DNA from: a virus
Taxonomy: Duplodnaviria; Caudoviricetes
Virus record (IMG/VR): IMGVR_UViG_3300048893_000093
Coordinates: 1-51,656 of that record
Length of the DNA: 51,656 bases
Reading direction: 5' to 3' (one strand)
Positions 37,388-46,338 of this stretch are shown piece after piece. Position 1 is the stretch's first letter, and the number at the start of each line of letters is the position of its first letter. The notes beneath the pieces were generated by a model that saw only the letters and a program-made list of their open reading frames with translations, made no database searches and was not told where the DNA came from. The translations under genes and the position numbers were made by a program.

Positions 37388-39505
37388 ATGATCGACACGA
37401 TAATATTAGATGAATCAGAAATTTTAGTTAAACAACTAAAAAATATTGTTACTAAAAACATTCCGCAAATTTCCACCATCAAACCAAGCGATTGGGTTGA
37501 ACAAAATATAGTAATGGGTAAGCCTTTTCCTGGGCCGTTTCGATATAAGCGTACCCCTTATACCAGAGAAATTATAGATATACTTTCACCCGACAGTTCA
37601 TGCTGGGGATGTGCCGTGAAGAAAGGCGGCCAGATTGGTTTTTCGGCTGGCGTAATTTATCCCGGTATTTGTTGGATCATAAAAAATAATCCTGGTAATA
37701 CATCACTAAGTGTTGGCGCACCGGAACTAATAAAGAAAGCCACTGATAAATTAGATGCTTGTATAAATTCGGCTGGACTGAGGGATTACATTAAACCGTC
37801 ATCATTAAGGAAAAGAAATAATAAAACAGGCGATACTAATACGCAAAAGGATTTTACCGGCGGTTTCGCAATGATATGGAGTGCAAATAATCATAAAAAT
37901 ATCCGTCAGGTGGATTTGCAAAACCAATTTAATGATGACTATGTTGCGATAAAAAAAGCATCAAAAGAATCTGGAAGTACTGATAAAAAATTAGACCAAC
38001 GGAGCGCAGCTTATAAAGATACTAAGAAGCGGATGGATATTTCAACGCCAGAATTAATTGGCAGTACTATTGATGAGGCATTTGACAAGGGAGATAAGCG
38101 CCGGTATTTAATCCCATGCCCTTGCTGTAATGATCTGATAACAATTGATTGGATCATGCCATCCGTTTGTAGACCTGGTAAAATGGCTGGTATAACATGG
38201 AAAATGAAAGAGGGTGACGGGGGATTAGATAAAGAAAGTGTGGGTTATGTGTGTCCGTTGTGTGATGGTTTTTTTACTGATAAAAATAAACAGGATTGGT
38301 TGAATAAGGGTGAATGGGTGGCATTTGATATTCAGAAAATTGAAGGGTATAGGAGTTATCATATCTCAGCATTATACGCGCCGATTGGAATGGACGGTTG
38401 GGATAAGTATGTGCAGGATTGGATTGATATTCACCCGAAAGGACAGCCGCGTAAAGAAGAGGAATACCAATGGTTTGTCAATGAAGTGTTAGGTGAAAGT
38501 TACGAACCAAAAACAACTGCAATCCAACCCCGCCAGCTTGAAAAAAACATTCAACCTTATGATATTGGTGTTGTGCCCGATGAACTGAGCGTGAAACATG
38601 GTAATGGTCATATCGTTTTAATCACCTGTGCATGTGATTTAGGGGGCCGGTATGTCGGGGATCAATTAAACAGCAAGGAAGATGATGCCCGGCTGGATTG
38701 GGAAATAGTGGCCCATGCAGAAAATGGCACTACATATAGCATTGACCACGGTAGTATCGGCACATTTACCAATGCATACTTGGGTAAAAAAGATGAGGGA
38801 CGTGAATTATGGTCTTATGATCCGAGTAAAACTAATAATGTTTGGAAGGAATTGGATTTAATTTTGGCGCGCACATACGTAGTTGGCAAACATGGCCGGG
38901 GCGCAAACGCCATTACCAATACGATGAAGATACAATTAACCGGTATAGATAGCGGGTTCGCTGATAAATTCGTGTGGAACTATATTGATAGTCGGAGCGG
39001 CAGGTTTAAAATCGTTGGGTTAAAGGGAAATAAAGAATCAACGCCGCGTATTCACGGCGCGAATCAGCGAAACTGGACGTTAGGTAAGAGCCGGGCCAAT
39101 CTGTATATGATCGAAGTGGGCCACCTGAAAGATATAATTGCAAGCCGAATTTCGCTCCGATGGGACGGTTCAAACGCGTCAAGTCAACCAGGCGGGTATA
39201 TGAATTTTCCGCGCCGGGCCGATGGAAAATACGAAAATGAAAATTATTTTGAGCATTTTGAGGCCGAACACCGGGTTATTGATGAGAAAAAAGGAACGTT
39301 CATTTGGAAAAAGAAAAGTCCGAATGTGCAAAATCACGTTTTCGATTTGAACGTTTACAATATGGCCCTGACAGAAATTTTAATGCACCATGTGTTTAAA
39401 GAAATTGGCGTGGTTGAAAAAGATGAACAAACCTGGTGGCGCTTTTCTGAATGGTTGATTAAACAGTGGGGATTGACCTCAGCTTTAAATAGACCTCAGC
39501 GATAA
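37388..39505 (+). CDS. terL: Terminase large subunit, lambda gpA family
   Basis: RTPY.REI, K..QIG.S, ISTP, CPCC...CP.C, IDSG and NH.FD motifs. Confidence 0.92.
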   Translation: MIDTIILDESEILVKQLKNIVTKNIPQISTIKPSDWVEQNIVMGKPFPGPFRYKRTPYTREIIDILSPDSSCWGCAVKKGGQIGFSAGVIYPGICWIIKNNPGNTSLSVGAPELIKKATDKLDACINSAGLRDYIKPSSLRKRNNKTGDTNTQKDFTGGFAMIWSANNHKNIRQVDLQNQFNDDYVAIKKASKESGSTDKKLDQRSAAYKDTKKRMDISTPELIGSTIDEAFDKGDKRRYLIPCPCCNDLITIDWIMPSVCRPGKMAGITWKMKEGDGGLDKESVGYVCPLCDGFFTDKNKQDWLNKGEWVAFDIQKIEGYRSYHISALYAPIGMDGWDKYVQDWIDIHPKGQPRKEEEYQWFVNEVLGESYEPKTTAIQPRQLEKNIQPYDIGVVPDELSVKHGNGHIVLITCACDLGGRYVGDQLNSKEDDARLDWEIVAHAENGTTYSIDHGSIGTFTNAYLGKKDEGRELWSYDPSKTNNVWKELDLILARTYVVGKHGRGANAITNTMKIQLTGIDSGFADKFVWNYIDSRSGRFKIVGLKGNKESTPRIHGANQRNWTLGKSRANLYMIEVGHLKDIIASRISLRWDGSNASSQPGGYMNFPRRADGKYENENYFEHFEAEHRVIDEKKGTFIWKKKSPNVQNHVFDLNVYNMALTEILMHHVFKEIGVVEKDEQTWWRFSEWLIKQWGLTSALNRPQR

Positions 39506-39561
39506 AAATAAATTTGCAAATCCCGTTTTGTTGCCGTATATTTGTTTCGCTTAAAAAGCCC

Positions 39562-39750
39562 CGCACACCAAAGCTAAATTTAACATGAACGCTCCATTAT
39601 ATCTTTCGTCGCCTTCGCTAATCGCTCGGCTTATAGAGGCACTCAGATATAATGGCGTTATGTGTAAATAGCCGCCCCGAATAGCGTAAACGAAAACGTT
39701 TCGCTTATTCTCTGGCCTGATCTCGCTAACGCTCCTGTGTGTAAGGTTAA
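39562..39750 (+). repeat. Structured repeat A2
   Basis: 39573-39604 pairs with 39645-39672; second stem GAATAGCG-TAAACG-AAAA-CGTTT-CGCTTATTC; preceded by TATATTTG at 39537. Confidence 0.8.
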
Positions 39751-39762
39751 CCGTTAGGCTCA

Positions 39763-39963
39763 GTGCGAATGTTTATTTTCAATTCAGATTTTGAATCAGA
39801 CAAAAATTTTCACAAAGAAATTCGTGACAGATCAATTATTTATGATCCGACTACAAATGAAAATTTTGATAAAATAGACGCTGAAATATCTAAATTAAAA
39901 AAAATAGGTATTGAAATAAAATACTCAGCTAAGTTCGATTCCGTTGTCCTTGAGAAACAGTAA
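39763..39963 (+). CDS. Small hypothetical protein (module cargo)
   Basis: 66-aa AT-rich ORF; ATG at 39769 possible. Confidence 0.45.
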   Translation: MRMFIFNSDFESDKNFHKEIRDRSIIYDPTTNENFDKIDAEISKLKKIGIEIKYSAKFDSVVLEKQ

Positions 39964-40116
39964 ATATTCATTTACTGCATTTGGATTACCGGCAGTAGGT
40001 TGTAATTTAAGTGAATACCCTCCATTAACCGTGTTAATTTGGCCCATGACTTTAGTATCATTTTTTAATTTGTTGATAATGTCTAATTGTTCTTGAGTGA
40101 TGAAATAAGTTTTCAT
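39925..40116 (-). CDS. Small hypothetical protein (module cargo)
   Basis: 63-aa ORF with A-rich leader; convergent overlap with previous ORF. Confidence 0.5.
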   Translation of the reverse strand: MKTYFITQEQLDIINKLKNDTKVMGQINTVNGGYSLKLQPTAGNPNAVNEYLLFLKDNGIELS

Positions 40117-40147
40117 TGTTTAAGTTGTTTTTAAATGATGAATTAAT

Positions 40148-40182
40148 GAGGCTCGACATTCTAAGTGTCGGGCTTCTCTTTT
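40148..40182 (+). terminator. Terminator-like hairpin
   Basis: GAGGCTCGACA-loop-TGTCGGGCTTC followed by TCTTTT. Confidence 0.55.
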
Positions 40183-40266
40183 ATAAAGGTATCTAAAATT
40201 TGAACTAACATTAACATCAACTTATTAGTATCGCGCAAACCCAACCCTACGCCACCCACCTCCCAA

Positions 40267-40349
40267 GCTATTTATACATAACGCTCCATTATAATGCGTC
40301 ACTAACAAAACCGTTAGTTTGTATTATAATCGACGTTATATTAAATAGC
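40267..40349 (+). repeat. Hairpin B2 with XerD-like arm
   Basis: GCTATTTATACATAACG...CGTTATATTAAATAGC. Confidence 0.75.
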
Positions 40350-40387
40350 CGCGCGTGGAATTTTTAATTGTGGTAAAATGGAAATGA

Positions 40388-41077
40388 TTAGAGGGCCACC
40401 GGCTTGTTGAAATAATTAACATAAAACTCAAAACTTTCAGGATCGCATATCCGGCGCAGCAATTGCAAGTCTTTATCTGGCCCACCGTGAATATCGTATC
40501 TTTCAAGCCTGGAAGTATGCATATCGCCACCGGTTAACCCTATTCCATGCTTAATACCTAGGCAAATATGCTGTTTTGGGGCAAAATTGACCAATTTTAG
40601 GCGCTTTCCATCAGCATGTTTTGCTATGTCAGATAGGTGTGTATCCAAATATGGCTCGTGATCCGGCGGCCAATTGAAGCTCATATCGGGCCGAATCAAT
40701 GTTGACATGGCGCAAGTTCGGCGCGGATGACCCATTTCAAAGTAAGAAAAGATACGAATATTATAATAAATTGTGTAAGAAGTGGAGAAAAGTTCGGGTT
40801 TTCCAGCATTTTCCCAGGATTTTATCATTGTTTCTAGGTAATTTGGAGCATACCAGTCATCATCCTCCCAGAAAGCAATAACATCTAATCCACGACCGCG
40901 CAAATATTCATAACCGCGCCGGTAACGCTGCGTTATATCTTTGTTGGTGGATTCCGGTGGGTAATCCATGAAAAGAATAATGTCCGGCTGAATTGTTTGC
41001 AATTTTATCAGCCGTTCACATTGTTTTCGGAATAACGGACGGTCGCCGCGTGTTGGGATTAGGATAGCGAGTTTCAA
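40388..41077 (-). CDS. Glycosyltransferase, GT-A / GT2-like
   Basis: ILIPTRGDRP, WEDDDWY; paralogue of 45052-45891. Confidence 0.8.
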   Translation of the reverse strand: MKLAILIPTRGDRPLFRKQCERLIKLQTIQPDIILFMDYPPESTNKDITQRYRRGYEYLRGRGLDVIAFWEDDDWYAPNYLETMIKSWENAGKPELFSTSYTIYYNIRIFSYFEMGHPRRTCAMSTLIRPDMSFNWPPDHEPYLDTHLSDIAKHADGKRLKLVNFAPKQHICLGIKHGIGLTGGDMHTSRLERYDIHGGPDKDLQLLRRICDPESFEFYVNYFNKPVAL

Positions 41078-41162
41078 TTCATTCCAATTTTAAAAACAAA
41101 AACAATATCAATTCCGCGATGAGCGAAAACAAAAGAAGGGTATATGACGGGAATGAAATACA

Positions 41163-41813
41163 TCACTGCTTCGCGGGCACATCCCATTTATCAGGTGAAA
41201 ATTCAGGTGGATTTAATATGCGGGTTCCTCTCCCAGGATGAAAAATAAAATCTGAGAAAGGAACGTTGATGCAAAAAAATCGGTGCGGACTGGTTTCAAG
41301 TTGCGTCATCGTATTAATACATGGCGCGCCGTGATTTATAAAAGCTGGCAATAAAATGTATTTCATTTTATCTATCAGCGCAAAATGTGGATGCAAATAA
41401 CGAATACCGTCTTTGTCAACGTTACCGCCATCATTATTTACCATCACAACTCTGCCAACTCCAAAACATTTATCCCGGTTACCATCCATCAGGATAGCCA
41501 TGTATTCTATTATGCCGTGACGGCGTATAATTACATCGGAATCAATTAAAAGGAAGTAGCGCGTCTTACAAAATCCAATTCCTAAATTCATTCCTGGCCC
41601 ATGCCCGATATTTTGACGATAATTTTTAACGAGCGTGATGTCATCGCGTAAGGTTTGCGTATAAGTAAAACAGTCGTTGGTTTCATCACTACCATCAATG
41701 ATAATTATTTTCAACTTAGGATACTCAAGTCGGATAGATTCAACGCAAGAACGAAGTATATCTGCGGTGTTGTAAGAAACAATTATAGCGGTTATGTTGT
41801 CGGTCATCTCCAA
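41163..41813 (-). CDS. Glycosyltransferase family 2
   Basis: IIVSYN, IIDGS, NIGHG.G.N and LIDSD. Confidence 0.85.
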   Translation of the reverse strand: MEMTDNITAIIVSYNTADILRSCVESIRLEYPKLKIIIIDGSDETNDCFTYTQTLRDDITLVKNYRQNIGHGPGMNLGIGFCKTRYFLLIDSDVIIRRHGIIEYMAILMDGNRDKCFGVGRVVMVNNDGGNVDKDGIRYLHPHFALIDKMKYILLPAFINHGAPCINTMTQLETSPHRFFCINVPFSDFIFHPGRGTRILNPPEFSPDKWDVPAKQ

Positions 41814-42772
41814 TACCTCCCAAAAATACTCAATAAATATTTACCTGTCGCCTCAAAACTGTGCTTTTCTGTTACCCAATTATAAGTATCGGTTTGATGC
41901 CGTGAAATTTCAGCCGGGGATAATTCCAATAGATGCGAAACGTTATCAATGAATCTTTGTTCGGTATTACAAACGAAAAACGGGCAAATTCTTTCAGTCG
42001 GATGCGTTCCTTTGCGCGGCGATCCGTATGCCGATTCGTAAACATCCAAATTTATATTTTGCGTAACCACAATTTTACCAGCCGCCGCCGCTTCAAAAGC
42101 AGTAACACCCCAGCAACCGTATGGTTTACCGTTTAATTCCGGTTTAAATAACTCAATATAAATATCATAATTATTCATCCTGGTAAGTTGTTCTGTGTGA
42201 GAAACACGATCATTTGAGTGCATAAGCGTGAATGGCTGTTTTACCTTTCCCAACATTTCCAGTATTTTTTCAGTTCCTTTCACTTCCGGGTTACTTGGAA
42301 AATGACCAATCGCATAAGGAGCATGAATTTCGTGCCCGAATTTTGGCGTACCGTTCATTTCAAATGGAGCAGCAAAATAATGAATATTTTTTGCGCCAAG
42401 TTGCATAAATTCACACTCATCAGTAAGAGTGAATTTGACGCGCGGATTAAAAACGGCGTTATGTGCTTCCGGTGCGCGCCTGTATGCTGATCCGGTATAT
42501 CCTACGCAAATCGTGCGGTTACCTATCACACTTTCCAATTCATTCAATAGCCAAATTTCACCGTGAGTTAAAATAATGAGTGAATCTGTTGGCGAAGACG
42601 AAATGACGCGGCGCAATCCATCTATTGTAGTGTGTGTACTGGTTTCTGCATACCCAAATGGGTGCGGTGTAATATAATATGATGAAGCATCGGCACCGGC
42701 AGCGCGGAGGGATTTACAAATGTTGAATTCCAAATTGGCCCAATCCGATATGCAGCATAGGATTATTTTCAT
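41804..42772 (-). CDS. Glycosyltransferase, GT-B (GT4-like)
   Basis: H.PSNP..KGT, DIYIE and G...FEAAAAGK.VV. Confidence 0.75.
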   Translation of the reverse strand: MKIILCCISDWANLEFNICKSLRAAGADASSYYITPHPFGYAETSTHTTIDGLRRVISSSPTDSLIILTHGEIWLLNELESVIGNRTICVGYTGSAYRRAPEAHNAVFNPRVKFTLTDECEFMQLGAKNIHYFAAPFEMNGTPKFGHEIHAPYAIGHFPSNPEVKGTEKILEMLGKVKQPFTLMHSNDRVSHTEQLTRMNNYDIYIELFKPELNGKPYGCWGVTAFEAAAAGKIVVTQNINLDVYESAYGSPRKGTHPTERICPFFVCNTEQRFIDNVSHLLELSPAEISRHQTDTYNWVTEKHSFEATGKYLLSIFGRYWR

Positions 42773-43542
42773 AATTCAGTAATTAACGGTTTCGATTTTC
42801 GCTTCGTGATCTCCCCCAGAACCTTATTTTTATATTCCTGCCCCAACCTTCGTTGCGTTCCATTCGGTAAATTTTGATTGTACAAATATATGGGTTCCCG
42901 GATTATTCCAATGCGTTTTTTACCACACATTTCTAAACATGAAAACATAACCTCGCTTTCCGTGGTCGTATCTATCCAATTGCCGTTAATTAAAAAATCA
43001 CAGATTGGTATTTGTCTAAATAATTCTATCCTGAATGTATTTGGTGCGGTGGAACGGTATGGTACGGTGCGATACGCGCGCGTCTCATGTATCTCGTCCG
43101 GGAAATCCAATTCAAAATCCACCGGCAACATTTTACCGTATTGATTAATCCAATTACCATACGTCATCCATTTGCCATTTTGATATTCGCGGCAAATTCT
43201 ATTCAGTGCGCATGGTAAAAGTTCGTCATCCAATCCAACAAATATCACCACATCATTATCCTGACCATAAGTCGAAATAGCAGCATGGCGACAAAAAGCA
43301 GCCCCGTGATTTTGCTTATACGACATGGTTTGAAATAGATGTTTGAACCTTGGATTGTTGTGAATAAAAGTTTCGTAAAATTGATTTATTTCTGAAAGTG
43401 TATTATCGGTGCTGGCATCGTCGATGACAATAATTTTTATTTTACCGTTATCGTAATGCTGGTTTACGATGGATTTTAAGCACGGGAATACGTAGGGCGC
43501 ACAATTGTAGCCGCTCACCACAATTATAAAATTAATCTTCAT
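42769..43542 (-). CDS. Glycosyltransferase family 2
   Basis: GYN, IDDASTD, GLDD, WMTYG. Confidence 0.88.
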   Translation of the reverse strand: MKINFIIVVSGYNCAPYVFPCLKSIVNQHYDNGKIKIIVIDDASTDNTLSEINQFYETFIHNNPRFKHLFQTMSYKQNHGAAFCRHAAISTYGQDNDVVIFVGLDDELLPCALNRICREYQNGKWMTYGNWINQYGKMLPVDFELDFPDEIHETRAYRTVPYRSTAPNTFRIELFRQIPICDFLINGNWIDTTTESEVMFSCLEMCGKKRIGIIREPIYLYNQNLPNGTQRRLGQEYKNKVLGEITKRKSKPLITEL

Positions 43543-43581
43543 ACGGCTTATATGTCATTAAAATTAATATTATGATGAAAA

Positions 43582-44325
43582 TTACAAGCATTCCAACGGT
43601 TTTTTCGGTTCTAATCCCTTCACAAATGCCAACTCCGAATCCCTCTGTTCCTGCGTGAACCTGCGCGTTATTGCTAACGGATTCATATTATTGTATTCGT
43701 AAATAACATCCAGTATCGGCACTATGTGATCTTTTCCAGCCAATTCCATTAAGCAATAAAGCATATTAATGTCGGGATAAATTGTTTTTTGCTTAGGAAA
43801 TAAATCAGCATCGGTTAAGTGATAATATAATTCTTTTCTGAATGATCGCAAATGAATAAATTTCCAATCCTGGTGCCGGGCCGGTTTATCTTCGTATTTA
43901 ATTGTATTCTCATCAAAACAAACCTGGCCCGTATCTTTAATAATGTAATTGCCGTATGTTAGCCAGCAATCGGAGGATTGATAAGCGAGATTAAGTGTTT
44001 CAAGCGCGTTTGGCAATAAGCGGTCGTCGAGGTCGAGCCATACGATAACGTCGAAATTAATAGTGTGATTTATTCTTTTTAGCGCATCGTGTCTGCATTT
44101 CACAATACCTTTATTTCTGAATTCGTATTCGGCACACCATTTTAAATCTTTTGTAGCTCTCAAATATTTTTGAATAACATCCCTGCTATTATCAGAACTT
44201 GCATCATCTATAACGATTAACTCAAAATTCCTATAAGTTTGCGCCTCAATCGAAGTTAAACAATCTTCAACGTATTTTTCGACGTTGTAACCGCTTGCCA
44301 AAATAAGAAATTTTACTTCCACCAT
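43582..44325 (-). CDS. Glycosyltransferase family 2
   Basis: Probable start 44325; GYN.EKY, IDDASSD, LDLDD, WLTYG; paralogue of 42769-43542. Confidence 0.88.
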   Translation of the reverse strand: MVEVKFLILASGYNVEKYVEDCLTSIEAQTYRNFELIVIDDASSDNSRDVIQKYLRATKDLKWCAEYEFRNKGIVKCRHDALKRINHTINFDVIVWLDLDDRLLPNALETLNLAYQSSDCWLTYGNYIIKDTGQVCFDENTIKYEDKPARHQDWKFIHLRSFRKELYYHLTDADLFPKQKTIYPDINMLYCLMELAGKDHIVPILDVIYEYNNMNPLAITRRFTQEQRDSELAFVKGLEPKKPLECL

Positions 44326-44439
44326 AATAAAACTACTATAACCGTTATCCAAAAAACTGCAATTACCGCGCCAATAAATAAGCACCCATTACGCGCGTCT
44401 TTATCCCATTTTATATTATGTTCGTCGAATGGCATTGTA

Positions 44440-45039
44440 CTATTCGGGTTTGCCGCGTGAAACCTTTCCGGTTTCACACATTATTACATCGTGCCAATAT
44501 ACACTTGCGCCACTTTCCCAAACCGCATCAATGAATGCGAAGTCACCGCATCTAGCAACTCCAAACTTATGAATAAATTTTTCATAAATTTCTCGCTTGA
44601 CAACAAAACAGCTACCTCCAATTCTTGCAATAATAGGCTTTTTACCCCAACATAATTCATCAGTAGGATATAAATTCCCTGGTATTTGATTTATTTTGAT
44701 AATCATTCTGAAAAAAATAACGTCTGGGTTATGCTGATCGGCAACCGCCTTTAATTCAGTTGTCATTTCAGGATTTATAATTTTATCATCGTCATCCAAA
44801 AGGAAAACATATTTACCTGTAACTAACGCGCGGGTTTCTTTATCCGAAAAAGATTGGTTCGCTCTGAGTAATCCAATCCCGATAGTATCAGTAATAAAAA
44901 TTTGCTCAATATCTTTATCTGTTAACGAATCAATGGAAAGTAAATTTTCAGCTAATCCCTGCGGGCGTTTATAAACCCTCGTAATTATTGATAGAAAAGG
45001 GTCGGATGAATATGATTTTTTGGTGTAGGTTAAATTCAT
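44440..45039 (-). CDS. Glycosyltransferase, GT-A / GT2-like
   Basis: LSIITR..KRP, GKYVFLLDDDD, GDF.FI. Confidence 0.75.
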   Translation of the reverse strand: MNLTYTKKSYSSDPFLSIITRVYKRPQGLAENLLSIDSLTDKDIEQIFITDTIGIGLLRANQSFSDKETRALVTGKYVFLLDDDDKIINPEMTTELKAVADQHNPDVIFFRMIIKINQIPGNLYPTDELCWGKKPIIARIGGSCFVVKREIYEKFIHKFGVARCGDFAFIDAVWESGASVYWHDVIMCETGKVSRGKPE

Positions 45040-45051
45040 AAATCATCATTT

Positions 45052-45891
45052 TTAAAATCTGCTATTAATTTTTCGACTTGTATGTTTATCACCACTCATT
45101 ACTAACGATTCATAAAACTCCGCACCATCCCCGCAAACTCCGCGCAACCAACTTCCATCTGCATCCACCTTATTATAATGCGCATTATCTTCGTTATGCG
45201 CCCCCCCCGCAACCATTCCGGTATTATGTTTTATTCCGATACAAATATGTTTTGCTGGTATCCAGGTTTTTCCAGGGTATTTCCAAAGTGCAGCGTCTAA
45301 GTAAGCATCATTGTCTTTGGGCCATTTTAAATCCATAATTTTGCGCGTAACCATTGTACTCATTGCGCTGGCCTTGCTTCGATGGGCCAATACCATATAA
45401 CGGCGTGAAAAGATATGATAATAAACAGTTTGACCTATCCCGAAAAGTGATGGTCGACCTATGCGCATCCATTCACCAATCATTAATTCGATATATTCTG
45501 GCGAATACCAATCGTCATCCTCCCAGAAAATAATTACATCGCAACCCAACGCGAATAATCGCTCACATCCAATTCGATAACGGTACGTAACGTCTATATC
45601 TTCGCTTAATGGAAGGTCTGAAATAATTTCAACGTGATCTGGTTGTCTTGTTTGAGCATTAATAAGTGAAAGCGCCTGCTCTAAAAATACCGGCCTGTTC
45701 CCGCGCGTAGGTATCAATACGCCGATTTTAAAATTTAATTTTACAGGTTTTAATCGTTTCAAATGACCGCGATTCGCCAAATCTTCGGCGCGACCTGGCG
45801 TGAAATGAGATTCATTTACAAGATCACCAGTTTTGAAAATTTTATTTCCCGATCCAGAAACGGCACATGATATTACTTTGTATTCTATCAT
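45052..45891 (-). CDS. Glycosyltransferase GT2-like with N-terminal domain homologous to the post-MCP protein
   Basis: VLIPTRGNRP, WEDDDWY; residues 1-47 align with the 14466-14753 protein. Confidence 0.8.
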   Translation of the reverse strand: MIEYKVISCAVSGSGNKIFKTGDLVNESHFTPGRAEDLANRGHLKRLKPVKLNFKIGVLIPTRGNRPVFLEQALSLINAQTRQPDHVEIISDLPLSEDIDVTYRYRIGCERLFALGCDVIIFWEDDDWYSPEYIELMIGEWMRIGRPSLFGIGQTVYYHIFSRRYMVLAHRSKASAMSTMVTRKIMDLKWPKDNDAYLDAALWKYPGKTWIPAKHICIGIKHNTGMVAGGAHNEDNAHYNKVDADGSWLRGVCGDGAEFYESLVMSGDKHTSRKINSRF

Positions 45892-46247
45892 GTCGTAGCA
45901 ATCCCTTTCTTTTCCTTCGCTTCATTCGCCAACTTTTCAAAATGATCGACGTATAATTTCACCCCGCCATCACCATCTTTTTGGTAAATATCAATTAAAT
46001 TAACCTGGTGATTAATGAGTAATGGCTTTTTACCTTTTTCGATTTGTTTTGTATATGACGGGCCAACCCCTTTTATTTCTGACAGTTGAAAATCTTTTGT
46101 TCCGATAAATTTCGCAACCGGTTCAAATCTCAATTTACCAGTTTTATCCACTTGCTGAAACTTCGCCAGCCGCGCACAAATAGCTAAAATATTTTTATAT
46201 GCTTGCGGCGTTAATTTAAAACGATTCGGTTTATTTTTATTCGGCAT
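45888..46247 (-). CDS. Hypothetical basic protein, first gene of GT operon
   Basis: 119-aa ORF; ATG just downstream of TACATTTG box; ATGA overlap with GT. Confidence 0.6.
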   Translation of the reverse strand: MPNKNKPNRFKLTPQAYKNILAICARLAKFQQVDKTGKLRFEPVAKFIGTKDFQLSEIKGVGPSYTKQIEKGKKPLLINHQVNLIDIYQKDGDGGVKLYVDHFEKLANEAKEKKGIATT

Positions 46248-46249
46248 GG

Positions 46250-46320
46250 AACAAATGTAAAAAAAGTTAGCATATTATACTAACTTATAAAAAATATATT
46301 TTCAACCCCCGTAGTTTTAC
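46250..46320. promoter_or_regulatory. Divergent late promoter module with operator AAGTTAGCATATTATACTAACTT (46264-46286)
   Basis: Near copy of 11795-11865. Confidence 0.7.
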
Positions 46321-46338
46321 ACAAACTAAAAGTACAAA

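Larger units (their letters stand above)
39492..40370 (+). mobile_element. Accessory module 2: GACCTCAGCGA - element A2 - two convergent ORFs - hairpin B2
   Basis: Same end architecture as 3377-4390. Confidence 0.55.

Noticed and set aside
40388-45891. Host LPS/capsule locus contaminating the contig
   Set aside because: No wzx/wzy or sugar synthesis genes; shares phage promoter module and a phage capsid-region domain; embedded in a closed phage circle
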